From an uncultured Desulfosarcina sp. (lineage in GTDB: Bacteria > Desulfobacterota > Desulfobacteria > Desulfobacterales > Desulfosarcinaceae): a DNA stretch of 64,000 nt. The notes beneath the pieces were generated by a model, which ran no database searches, had not been told where the DNA came from, and saw only the letters and a list, made by a program, of their open reading frames with translations. The stretch is from contig CAXXWQ010000003.1 of assembly GCA_963674945.2 (NCBI GenBank), forward strand, positions 480,001-544,000, written 5' to 3'. Shown piece by piece: positions 20,726 to 29,306 of this stretch (its first letter is position 1; each line of letters begins with the position of its first letter). Position numbers and translations under genes: made by a program.

Positions 20726-20762
20726 TTCCTATCCAGAAATGACCTATTTCCGGATAGGAATT
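20724..20762. terminator. strong hairpin after nadB (probable terminator between convergent genes)
   Basis: aattcctatcc-agaaat-gacct-atttcc-ggataggaatt inverted repeat. Confidence 0.55.
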
Positions 20763-20805
20763 ATATCCCGTTCAATTATGATGAATTCTTAGGATGATGG
20801 GTTCC

Positions 20806-20932
20806 GGGCGGCTTCGTAAAGAGTTCGAGATCAAGGATTGCGAGCCCTTAAGGAATGAGGCGTATCTATAATACGTCGCAGTGACGAGGGGTGAGGCGTA
20901 ACGCGGATATCGGGCTCTTTACGGAGCCGTCC
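20806..20932. mobile_element. ~127-bp MITE-like repeat with ~27-bp imperfect terminal inverted repeats
   Basis: gggcggcttcgtaaagagttcgagatc ... gatatcgggctctttacggagccgtcc; non-coding interior; related short copy at 10982. Confidence 0.7.
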
Positions 20933-20933
20933 A

Positions 20934-22004
20934 TTATAACGATTGCATCTGGGTGGTGACGAGTATGGAAGTGCCCCTCGGGTTTTCCAATCGAACCTGT
21001 TTGTCCTCTACCAGTCGCAGGCATGTATCCACCACATCGACATCGTAGAGACGACCGCTATTGGTGATCAATTCCCCCATGGCTTTCTTCACTCCCAACG
21101 ACGGACGATAGGGCCGATGAGAACCGATGGTTTCGAATACGTCGGCGACACTTAAAATTCGCGCCTCCAACATAATGTCTTCCCCGGCAAGCCCGTTGGG
21201 ATATCCCGATCCATCCATCCGCTCATGGTGCTGCATGACGATCTCCGCAACAGGCCAGGGGAAATCGATCTTCTTCAGGATATCGTATCCGGACTGTACG
21301 TGGGTCTTGATCATCTGGTACTCCGGATCGGAAAGGCGTCCGGGTCTGCACAGGATCTCCCCCGGAATGGTAATCTTGCCTAGATCATGAATCACGGCGG
21401 CCATGCGAAGTCCGTAGATTCGATCCTCGGGAAGTTTCATCTGGGATGCGATGGCACAGGAAAGGTCGGCCACGCGAATCTGATGACCCGCCGTATAGGG
21501 ATCACGCATCTCCACGGCCAGTGCGATGGCCTGTACGAACCCTTCCAGCGCGTTTTGAAAACGGGTGACATTGCTGCGAAGTTCACTGGCCGTCGCCTTG
21601 AGCTGACCGCGCGTCTTTCTTTCATGGAAGACCCGCTTGAGCCGTGCAACGATCTCGGCCAATCGTATCGGTTTCTCGATAAAATCACTGGCCCCCTGGG
21701 CGATAATCTCCTCGTAGGCAAAGTTGTTCACCAGGCCTGTGATGATGATCACGTCCGCATCGTACTGGTGCTTGATCTCGCGGCACAACTGGATGCCGTT
21801 CATCCCCTTCATCTGAACGTCTGAAATGACCACCTCGATGGGATGCGACGGAAATAGGGTCAAGGCGGTCTCGCCGCTGTCCGCGGTAAGACACCGATAG
21901 CCGGAAGCCGTTATGCCATAGGAAAGAATGTCCCGGATATCGTCATCGTCGTCCACCACCAGCACGAGTGGTGACAATGGTTCTTCGTTCGTTTCGGACT
22001 TCAT
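20934..22004 (-). CDS. response regulator with HD-GYP cyclic-di-nucleotide phosphodiesterase domain
   Basis: REC domain (VVDDD, SDVQM); RDPYTAGHQ, HDLGK, HHERMDGSGYP and HRPYR motifs; ATG 22004 after AAGGAGG. Confidence 0.92.
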   Translation of the reverse strand: MKSETNEEPLSPLVLVVDDDDDIRDILSYGITASGYRCLTADSGETALTLFPSHPIEVVISDVQMKGMNGIQLCREIKHQYDADVIIITGLVNNFAYEEIIAQGASDFIEKPIRLAEIVARLKRVFHERKTRGQLKATASELRSNVTRFQNALEGFVQAIALAVEMRDPYTAGHQIRVADLSCAIASQMKLPEDRIYGLRMAAVIHDLGKITIPGEILCRPGRLSDPEYQMIKTHVQSGYDILKKIDFPWPVAEIVMQHHERMDGSGYPNGLAGEDIMLEARILSVADVFETIGSHRPYRPSLGVKKAMGELITNSGRLYDVDVVDTCLRLVEDKQVRLENPRGTSILVTTQMQSL

Positions 22005-22084
22005 ATAAGGCCTCCTTAACAGGGTCCAGGGCCTATGAATGCATACGTGTCTGGCCATCGTGCCGGCAATGGAAAAGGAAAGAC

Positions 22085-23068
22085 TTACGATTTGGAAATG
22101 AGAAAAGCCAAATAGCCAACATAACATCCAAGTAGAATCAGACCTTTTCTACGTGAAATTGTCAAGTCCTGTCTCATCAAAAACCAGGGTAGCGCGCTGA
22201 TGACCATCATCGCCAAATAATCCACCACCAGACCACTTTGGAAAAATCCGTCGGATATGACAATGGGTCTCACCATTGCGGTGGCACCGACGACACTGAG
22301 GATGTTGAAGACGTTGCTCCCCACCAGATTCCCCAATGAGATATCCATCTCCTTCTTCATGGCCGCCACCACCGACGTGGCCAGTTCCGGAACCGAAGTG
22401 CCGAAGGCGACGACGGTCAGGCCGATGAATTTTTCATCGACCCCCAATCTGGACATGATACTCACCGCAGCATCCACCAAAAGATCCGCGCCGACGATCA
22501 CACCGGTCGTCCCCAATACGATCATCAGAACCTGCATCCATGTCTTTTGGAGAAGACCGGTCGAGGGGGGCGGCAGGTTCGGCGTCACGGGAGCGGCCCC
22601 CGGCAATACCCGGGTGGTAACCACCGTTACCTTGTAATTGAACCATGTATAAGCAATGACGCCACCAAAAAGCGTTGCTCCCTCGATCCTCCCGATGAAT
22701 GCGTTCAGGGAGAGAAGAAACAGATAGACGGAAATCGCCAGCATGAGGGGAATGTCACGGGTGATAACGGTTCGGCTCGTCGTGACCGGCTGGAACAGGG
22801 CCGTCAGTCCCAAAACAAGGGCGATATTGCAGATATTGCTGCCCACCACGTTGCCCAGGGCGATCATGCTCTTTCCCTTGACGGCCGAGACCAGACTCAC
22901 CACCAACTCCGGCGCAGAGGTGCCGAAGGCCACGACGGTGAGTCCGATCACCATGGGTGTCAGTCCCAGGCTTCGCGCCAGGGTCGAAGCACCTCGAACC
23001 AGCCAGCCGGCGCCATAGTAAAGCAGCAGCAATCCGGCGATGAATGAGACAAAGTGAATGAGGGTCAA
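22085..23068 (-). CDS. calcium/sodium antiporter (YrbG family)
   Basis: Duplicated GTSAPEL/GTSVPEL and GNVVGSN/GNLVGSN alpha repeats. TTG start at 23068 is inferred. Confidence 0.9.
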   Translation of the reverse strand: MTLIHFVSFIAGLLLLYYGAGWLVRGASTLARSLGLTPMVIGLTVVAFGTSAPELVVSLVSAVKGKSMIALGNVVGSNICNIALVLGLTALFQPVTTSRTVITRDIPLMLAISVYLFLLSLNAFIGRIEGATLFGGVIAYTWFNYKVTVVTTRVLPGAAPVTPNLPPPSTGLLQKTWMQVLMIVLGTTGVIVGADLLVDAAVSIMSRLGVDEKFIGLTVVAFGTSVPELATSVVAAMKKEMDISLGNLVGSNVFNILSVVGATAMVRPIVISDGFFQSGLVVDYLAMMVISALPWFLMRQDLTISRRKGLILLGCYVGYLAFLISKS

Positions 23069-23099
23069 GATCGCACACCTTTTTGATGAATTGCGGTTG

Positions 23100-24041
23100 C
23101 TATCCGCCTCCAGCGCCGAAAAATCGAATCGTCGCCGGTTTGCGTCCGGCCACACGCTGGTAGGTCTCTTCGGGCCATCCCAGAGCGATGACGGCGTAGG
23201 GGGTCTCATGGTCGGGAATGCCCAGCATCCGGACAATGTTGGGGTCTCTTTTCATCGCCTCGACGACGAATCCGATAAGACAGGTGCCCAGTCCCATGGC
23301 ATGGGCGGCCAACAGCATGTTACCGGTGGCCAGCATGGCATCTTCGGCCGGACAGGATGCCTGTTTGTCTGCGGCCACGACGATTGCCGCGGTGGCACCG
23401 TGAAAGAGAAGATCCCGTCCGTCACGCTCCCAGGCAATCAACCCTTTTGTAACGGTATCAAAGTGCTGGATGTAGTATCTGTCCAGCTCCGGTTTGCCCA
23501 TCCATCGAAGAACCGATCGAAGCCAGCTCTTTCCGGCCATTTTGTTTATTTTTTTGAAAAAATCCCCAACCCGTCGCCCCAGTCCGTCCAGGGCGGCGCG
23601 ATCCGGCAGGATGGTGAAGGTCCAGGGTTGACAATTGGAACCGGAAGGCGCGGTGATGCCCGCATTTACCAGATCCGTGAGCAGTGTTCGATTCACCGGT
23701 CGATTGCTGAAGTTGCGGCAAGAACGCCTGGAAGCCATGAGATTGACCAGATCCGCCCTATCGTATCGACCGAAGGGCAGCCATCGGATGTCCGGACAAA
23801 ACGTATGGAACATGGAAGATAACGGCCGGACCGCATCGACCCGGATGGCGTTGGATGGGCATACCGCCGCACAATGATCGCATGCCATGGATTCACTGCC
23901 GGTGACCACCGCCTTTCCGGCGGCGATGGATATCGTCTCTTTGGGACAAACCAAAACACACATGCCGCAACCGATGCATCGGGCCGCATCGATCGTCGTG
24001 GTTACTTCGCGGCGCGTGCGCTCTTTTCCGGAATCGGACAT
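23100..24041 (-). CDS. nitroreductase with N-terminal ferredoxin domain
   Basis: CIGCGMCVLVCP and SMACDHCAAVCP; RRSCRNF, APSGSNCQPW and GLGTCLIG motifs. Confidence 0.9.
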   Translation of the reverse strand: MSDSGKERTRREVTTTIDAARCIGCGMCVLVCPKETISIAAGKAVVTGSESMACDHCAAVCPSNAIRVDAVRPLSSMFHTFCPDIRWLPFGRYDRADLVNLMASRRSCRNFSNRPVNRTLLTDLVNAGITAPSGSNCQPWTFTILPDRAALDGLGRRVGDFFKKINKMAGKSWLRSVLRWMGKPELDRYYIQHFDTVTKGLIAWERDGRDLLFHGATAAIVVAADKQASCPAEDAMLATGNMLLAAHAMGLGTCLIGFVVEAMKRDPNIVRMLGIPDHETPYAVIALGWPEETYQRVAGRKPATIRFFGAGGG

Positions 24042-24056
24042 TTTGTTCCGCTCGTG

Positions 24057-24275
24057 TTACTCACGGTTGGTATCATCATTGGATGGATCGGTTGAATCCG
24101 GCCACTCCCGCTGGAACACGAATCCACCGTCCTCACCGGAAAACAAGCCCGGTCCGGGTTTCTCCTCCCTGCTGTCCTCGTATACGAAGGGTTGGTGGGA
24201 AGATGCACAGCCGGCGCCCAAAAGTCCCAGCGTCACCGCCAGGTATATCCAGATCCATTTGAACCCATGCATCAT
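24057..24275 (-). CDS. small lipoprotein
   Basis: Signal peptide ending LLGAGC; PGPGLFSGEDG segment; coupled to the porin stop codon. Confidence 0.65.
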   Translation of the reverse strand: MMHGFKWIWIYLAVTLGLLGAGCASSHQPFVYEDSREEKPGPGLFSGEDGGFVFQREWPDSTDPSNDDTNRE

Positions 24276-25549
24276 TAGAATTTTACCCGCATACCTGCCA
24301 TGATGGCGTTGATGTTGTCATAATCGGTGCCGTTTCTGTCAAGGGAATGGAAGCGGTAGCCCACGTAGGCTTCCGCCCCCCACGATTCGAGATCCTGGGC
24401 CATCTGGAAGCCGATCATATCCGCCTCGTCACCGTCTTGATCGATATCCGTGGATCGGCAGTAATCCATGGACAGAGAGGTCACCCCCATGGGACACCAG
24501 TTCGCCCGGTAGCCGAATTTGGTGTAGAAAAATGTGCCGTCGTCACGCCCGTCCATTTTGGGGTCCCGGGTTCCCATGGCGAAGGTTCCGTTAAACCCCG
24601 TATCGTGAAGCACGGAGACCGATCCGGCCAACTGTTCGTCCACCGTATCCGAGGTACCTCCTGGATTGGAAAAGGCCGCGGCTGCGGCCACCTTGAATGC
24701 ATCGATCCGTGCTGAATAGCGAATGGCGATGTCTCCGCCGCCATCGGCAATATATGATGCCGATCCCATAAAGCCATTGAAGGTGGGAGTGTCGTATCGA
24801 ATCCGCTCGTCACGGCCGAGACCGTCCATATTCGTGAAGACATTTGAGATGCGGGTACCGGAGAGGCGATTGGTATTTTTGTCGTAAAACAACTGGCCAC
24901 CGGCCATGTCAACGATGCTCGAATATCCCACCACGGAGGTACCGGACAAATCCATTTCAGACGTCCCATCCGAGGCGGTGGAACCCCATCCCATGGAAAG
25001 CTTTCCATAGATCATGGCATCTACCCAAAGGTCCAGATGCCGTTTTCGGAAGTGATTGTCTCCCACGTCACGCCTTTCGATCCGGCTGACGAGATTGCTG
25101 TCATTGGATTGAAACTCGACCTCGATCTTCGAACCGATTTCGTAACGCTCATTGGGAATGACGGTTCCCGTTAGGCCCATGCGGGTCGACGAATTGTCAT
25201 TGTCCACCAGGTACAAATTTCCATCGTCTCCATCGTCACTGTACAAAACGGCCTTGTTGACCTGACCGTAAATCCGAACCGTGGCCTTTGATTTGGTTTT
25301 GACGGTTGTCTCATCACCGGCCGTCGACCGGCCCGTGGTTTTCTCTTCCTGTAAGGCTTCCACCTGCTTTTGCAGCCGGTCGATGTTTTCCTGCTGTGTC
25401 TGAATCTGATCCTGTTGCTGTTGGAGTATTGTCTCGAAACGCTTCGTCTCTTCCACCTGTTCACCATAGGCCGAAGAGGCTGTGAAAACGCCGATTACGG
25501 TGAAAAGTAAAAAAAGTTCCTTGCATCGCATCCATCTTTCCCTTCTCAT
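24275..25549 (-). CDS. outer-membrane porin with N-terminal coiled coil
   Basis: Signal peptide; Gln-rich coil; IYGQVNKAV, SSTRMG and IRYDTP motifs; C-terminal Phe (MRVKF); ATG after GGAGGTG. Confidence 0.82.
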   Translation of the reverse strand: MRRERWMRCKELFLLFTVIGVFTASSAYGEQVEETKRFETILQQQQDQIQTQQENIDRLQKQVEALQEEKTTGRSTAGDETTVKTKSKATVRIYGQVNKAVLYSDDGDDGNLYLVDNDNSSTRMGLTGTVIPNERYEIGSKIEVEFQSNDSNLVSRIERRDVGDNHFRKRHLDLWVDAMIYGKLSMGWGSTASDGTSEMDLSGTSVVGYSSIVDMAGGQLFYDKNTNRLSGTRISNVFTNMDGLGRDERIRYDTPTFNGFMGSASYIADGGGDIAIRYSARIDAFKVAAAAAFSNPGGTSDTVDEQLAGSVSVLHDTGFNGTFAMGTRDPKMDGRDDGTFFYTKFGYRANWCPMGVTSLSMDYCRSTDIDQDGDEADMIGFQMAQDLESWGAEAYVGYRFHSLDRNGTDYDNINAIMAGMRVKF

Positions 25550-25593
25550 TTTCACCTCCCTGATTTTCTGCCCCCCTTTCCTTGGGGATATGG

Positions 25594-25917
25594 TTATTCG
25601 ATATAATCCACCCGGGGTGGTGCAAACACCTCGACGGCCACCGACGCTTCCAAAGCACGGGCGCCATGAAGAACATCCGCCCCGATGCACCAGCTATCGC
25701 CCGGAGAGACGTCGTATTCGGTACCATCGACAATGAGCACAATATGCCCGGAGAGTAACAGGCCCGTTTGCTCGTGTGGATGATCGTGGAGGGGAATGTC
25801 GTACCCTTTCTTCAGCTTGAATTGTGCCATGAGCGTCTCATCGCCATGGACCATCGTACCCAGTTCCACGCCGTCAATCATCTTTCGAAATGTGAGTTGT
25901 TCCGCTTTTTTAAACAT
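25594..25917 (-). CDS. cupin-domain protein
   Basis: PLHDHPHEQTG, PGDSWCI..DVLHG and VEVFAPPR motifs. Confidence 0.88.
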   Translation of the reverse strand: MFKKAEQLTFRKMIDGVELGTMVHGDETLMAQFKLKKGYDIPLHDHPHEQTGLLLSGHIVLIVDGTEYDVSPGDSWCIGADVLHGARALEASVAVEVFAPPRVDYIE

Positions 25918-25949
25918 GTTTTGCTCCTTGCCAGAAGAGAGAGAGGTAT

Positions 25950-27449
25950 CTATTCAACGGCATTCGTGCCCTTTTCACCTGCCTCGAAATCCCCGTCTGT
26001 CTCATAGGCGGACGGAATCGTCTTATTGCTCTTTACCCCGAGAACTTTAAGTTGTTCGGCCCGCCGGATCAGATTGCCCCTGCCGGTGGCTAAGCGATCC
26101 CGGGCAGTGTGATACGCCTGCCTGGCCCGATCCAATTGTCGCCCCACATCCTCCAGCGCCTCGGTAAAACCCACGAATTTATCGTACAACGCTCCCGCCT
26201 GCTTTGCGATCTCCAATGCATTTTCGTTCTGATCCGCAAAGCGCCAGAAGTTCTGAATCGTCCGCAAGGTGACCAGAAGCGTGGATGGTGAAACCAGTAC
26301 GACATTTTTATCGAATGCTTCGGTAAACAATGTTCGGTCATGTTCGAGCGCCAGGAAAAAGGCACCTTCAATGGGAACGAACATGAGAACGAAGTCCAGC
26401 GTTCGCAATGCATCGATCCCTTCGTACTGCTTTCCGCGCAACCCGTTGATATGGTTGCGAACGGATGACAGATGAGCCTTGGCGGCCGTTTGCCGTTCCT
26501 TTTCATCGGTTGCACTGTGAAATCGTTCATAGGCGACAAGGGACACTTTGGAATCCACGACCACATCTTTTCCCTCGGGCAGCCGTATGATGACGTCTGG
26601 CTGGAGCCGTTTCCCGTCGCTATTGGTCATGCTCACCTGGGTTTCGTAAATCCGCCCCTTTTGCAATCCCGATCCTTCGAGGATCCGGGAGAGGATCACC
26701 TCCCCCCAGCCGCCCAGCGTCTTGACATCCCCCTTTAGTGCCTGGGTCAGATTCAACGCATCCTTTCCGATGCGTTCGTTGAGGTTTTTCAAATTGCCGA
26801 TTTCGTGCAAAAGGGTGGCCCGATCCCTTGATTCCTTGTCATAGACGTCTTCCACCCGCTTTTTGAACCCTGCGAGTTGTTCACGAAGCGGTGTGATCAA
26901 CCCGTCCATCTGGATCCGGTTCTGGTCGGTAAATGTTTTCCCCTTCTCATCCAGAATCCGTTGTGCCAGCACCTGAAACGCATGGGTCATCTGTTCCTTT
27001 GCATCTTGCAAAAAAGTGATTCTCTCCTGATCCTGTCTTCGTTCTTCCTCCAAAAGGACGGTCATTTCCGAAAGGCGCTTTTCCAATGCCAGGTTTTCGG
27101 CATTGCATCGATCCTTTTCCCGCCCAACTTGTTCAAGGGCCCGTTCGAGCTGTGGAATTCGCTCGACGGATCGAACCAGGGCGGCGTTTCGCGCTTCGGA
27201 TTCGGCCATGGCATCCCGGCGTTTGTCCAGTGCATCGGTTGTGGCCTTCAACTCTTCGCTGACTGTCTGCAACTGGTGGCGCGTGTCGGCCAATTTATCC
27301 GACAGGGACGCTTTCTCCATGTCCGCCAGTCGGACCAACGCATTCAATTCGCCCTTGCGTCGCACTCGAGACAGGACCAACACAAGTATGGTCACCAAAA
27401 GAAGGCCGACAACCACTCCGAGCAGGCAGGCAATCTCAATTAGCGTCAT
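25950..27449 (-). CDS. rmuC: DNA recombination protein RmuC
   Basis: N-terminal transmembrane helix and coiled coil; GGWGEVIL, QPDVIIRLP, VDSKVSL, DFVLMFVPIE and LYDKF motifs. Confidence 0.93.
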   Translation of the reverse strand: MTLIEIACLLGVVVGLLLVTILVLVLSRVRRKGELNALVRLADMEKASLSDKLADTRHQLQTVSEELKATTDALDKRRDAMAESEARNAALVRSVERIPQLERALEQVGREKDRCNAENLALEKRLSEMTVLLEEERRQDQERITFLQDAKEQMTHAFQVLAQRILDEKGKTFTDQNRIQMDGLITPLREQLAGFKKRVEDVYDKESRDRATLLHEIGNLKNLNERIGKDALNLTQALKGDVKTLGGWGEVILSRILEGSGLQKGRIYETQVSMTNSDGKRLQPDVIIRLPEGKDVVVDSKVSLVAYERFHSATDEKERQTAAKAHLSSVRNHINGLRGKQYEGIDALRTLDFVLMFVPIEGAFFLALEHDRTLFTEAFDKNVVLVSPSTLLVTLRTIQNFWRFADQNENALEIAKQAGALYDKFVGFTEALEDVGRQLDRARQAYHTARDRLATGRGNLIRRAEQLKVLGVKSNKTIPSAYETDGDFEAGEKGTNAVE

Positions 27450-27814
27450 AGGGTTTTCCGAAGGGCATCGATACGATTATGTTCAACCGACACTGAGCGT
27501 TTCAAATTTTTGGAAAGAAAGAATACCTTGAAATTATAAAACGATGGTTCAATTCTTTCCTCGAATAGGTTTAATAGTGGTTATACGCGAGTTGGAAAAA
27601 CAAATCCAGTCCATACCAACAAAGGGATGGAAACGCGACCGGCAAAATATGGCGGTGGCGTAAGCGAATTTTTCGGTGGGTATTGTTTTTTATGGAACGT
27701 TGGCTGCCAAAATCAGCGATATTTCCAAACCTTATCGAAAATATCGGTGGTCAGGGAGGAATGCCTATGGATCGGCGTCGATCATGAATTCAAATGACCG
27801 GGGCAGGATTTCAT

Positions 27815-28104
27815 TCATGAGTGGTACTGGATACCATGGTCGGTGGGCCGGTGAACCATTGCCCCCAAATAAGGCCTTGCAACCCATGCATTCCCCCTGC
27901 AGTCACACCAGCCGCCGTTTTTCATGCATTGTTTGCAGATCACGGCACCACAATTGATACACTGATAGGCGCGCCGCTGCAACGATGGCCCTTCCAAAAA
28001 AGCGGCGAGGCACGGTTGTGATCTTTAAGAAGACGAATGGAGCGCCCGCAAACGATACAGGTTTCCCGGTGAGGACTTTTGACATCGATGCGTGTTTCCG
28101 TCAC
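27815..28104 (-). pseudogene. small zinc-finger-like gene interrupted by a 1-nt frameshift in a T6 run
   Basis: AAGGAGGT RBS and GTG at 28104 give MTETRIDVKSPHRETCIVCGRSIRLLKDHNRASPLF. The frame beginning at 27997 gives LEGPSLQRRAYQCINCGAVICKQCMKNGGWCDCRG. One extra T at 27996-28001 would fuse them. Confidence 0.55.
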
Positions 28105-28283
28105 TGGTCCACCTCCTTTTCCAGGAAAATATTTGAAATCTTGATCTTCAGCCCAAGCCGTTTTCCACATTTACGATCCGAGCATCCATCGACCCGTCGC
28201 AATGGAAGACGACGAGTGGATTCGGGGGATGAAATAGAATCATACGCGTTGGATAAAAGGTAAAACAGTATATCAATCCAAGA

Positions 28284-28299
28284 TGTGATGGGATTCACA
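28284..28299. promoter_or_regulatory. perfect CRP box TGTGA-N6-TCACA
   Basis: TGTGA TGGGAT TCACA read directly. Confidence 0.75.
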
Positions 28300-28306
28300 C
28301 GCAGCG

Positions 28307-28322
28307 TGTGACTGTGCTCACG
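28307..28322. promoter_or_regulatory. second CRP box TGTGA-N6-TCACG
   Basis: TGTGA CTGTGC TCACG, centred 23 bp from the first box. Confidence 0.65.
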
Positions 28323-28390
28323 ATCACTTCGAAAGGTTGACGGATTCGAGCAACGAAAAAAGCGAGGAGGGGGTAAATTTTCCTTCGGCG

Positions 28391-29026
28391 TCAAAATGTG
28401 TAGGGTAGCTTTTTATTGATTTTCATGCGCCCCATCGTTTTGGAGATGTAGCCGCCGTCGACCAATTCATTGTAGATACGGCACACGGTTTCCCGGGAGG
28501 ATCCGACGATGTCGGCAAGCTCCTGATGGGTCAGCTTCTCTTCGATGACGCCGTCGGCATTCTTGTTTTCGATCAAAAAGCGGGAAAGGCGACCATACAC
28601 GTCGAGAAAAGCCAGTTCACCAATCTGATCGGTCGCTTTTCTCAGTCTTTCCAACAGCGTTTTGATCATGTTTTGATAGATCTGGGGATGCATGGCGGCA
28701 AATTCAAAAAAAGTCTTACGGGGCAAAATCTTGAACGTACACTTCTCCTTTGTGACAACAGTGGCACAACGGGCCTCGTGATCGAACAGGCTCATCTCTC
28801 CGAAGTAGTCCAAGGGACCGAAGCGGTTGACGACGAACTGCCTTCCCGACTCATCGCTGCGCAGGGCCTTGGCCCGGCCTCTCACCACGATGAAAAGGCA
28901 GTCCGTATCGTCACCCTCGTTGATCACCAGGCTGTTTTTCGGAAACGATCGATCCAGGCAGATCGTCTCCAGTGCTGAAATATCCTCTTGGCCTAAATTG
29001 GAAAAAAGTGGAACCTTCTCGAGCAT
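28391..29026 (-). CDS. CRP/FNR-family cyclic-nucleotide-binding transcription regulator
   Basis: FGEMSLF...ARCATV phosphate-binding cassette; LAFLDVYGRL hinge; LTHQELADIVGSSRETVCR HTH; ATG 29026 after GAGGT. Confidence 0.92.
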   Translation of the reverse strand: MLEKVPLFSNLGQEDISALETICLDRSFPKNSLVINEGDDTDCLFIVVRGRAKALRSDESGRQFVVNRFGPLDYFGEMSLFDHEARCATVVTKEKCTFKILPRKTFFEFAAMHPQIYQNMIKTLLERLRKATDQIGELAFLDVYGRLSRFLIENKNADGVIEEKLTHQELADIVGSSRETVCRIYNELVDGGYISKTMGRMKINKKLPYTF

Positions 29027-29107
29027 GTTCTTGACCTCGATCGGTGCCGGCGGACTGCCCCGATCCCCCAATCGAGAATATGGGCGTCGTTGGCGGCCAC
29101 CGGCTTC

Positions 29108-29284
29108 TTACTCCTCGCAGGGACCTACATCCTCACAATCCGGATGGGTGCTGCAGTCTTCCAAGCATTTGTAGATGTACTCCGCGCTGCCGCTGACGAT
29201 GATCTTACACTTACATCTCCGTTTGTTGCATCCGGCGGCGAATACCAGGAAAAGCGCCAATAAAATCAGGACAAACCTTTTCAT
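29108..29284 (-). CDS. 58-aa Cys-rich lipoprotein (not in ORF track)
   Basis: GAGGAGGA RBS; MKRFVLILLALFLVFAAGC-NKRRCKCKIIVSGSAEYIYKCLEDCSTHPDCEDVGPCEE*. Confidence 0.75.
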   Translation of the reverse strand: MKRFVLILLALFLVFAAGCNKRRCKCKIIVSGSAEYIYKCLEDCSTHPDCEDVGPCEE

Positions 29285-29306
29285 TTTGCTTCCTCCTCAA
29301 TCAGGG

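Noticed and set aside
28101..28394. 97-aa ORF bridging crp and the zinc-finger gene
   Set aside because: No RBS or motif, and it spans the CRP boxes and promoter-like sequence. Probably non-coding, although the stop/start overlaps at both ends mean it is not fully excluded.
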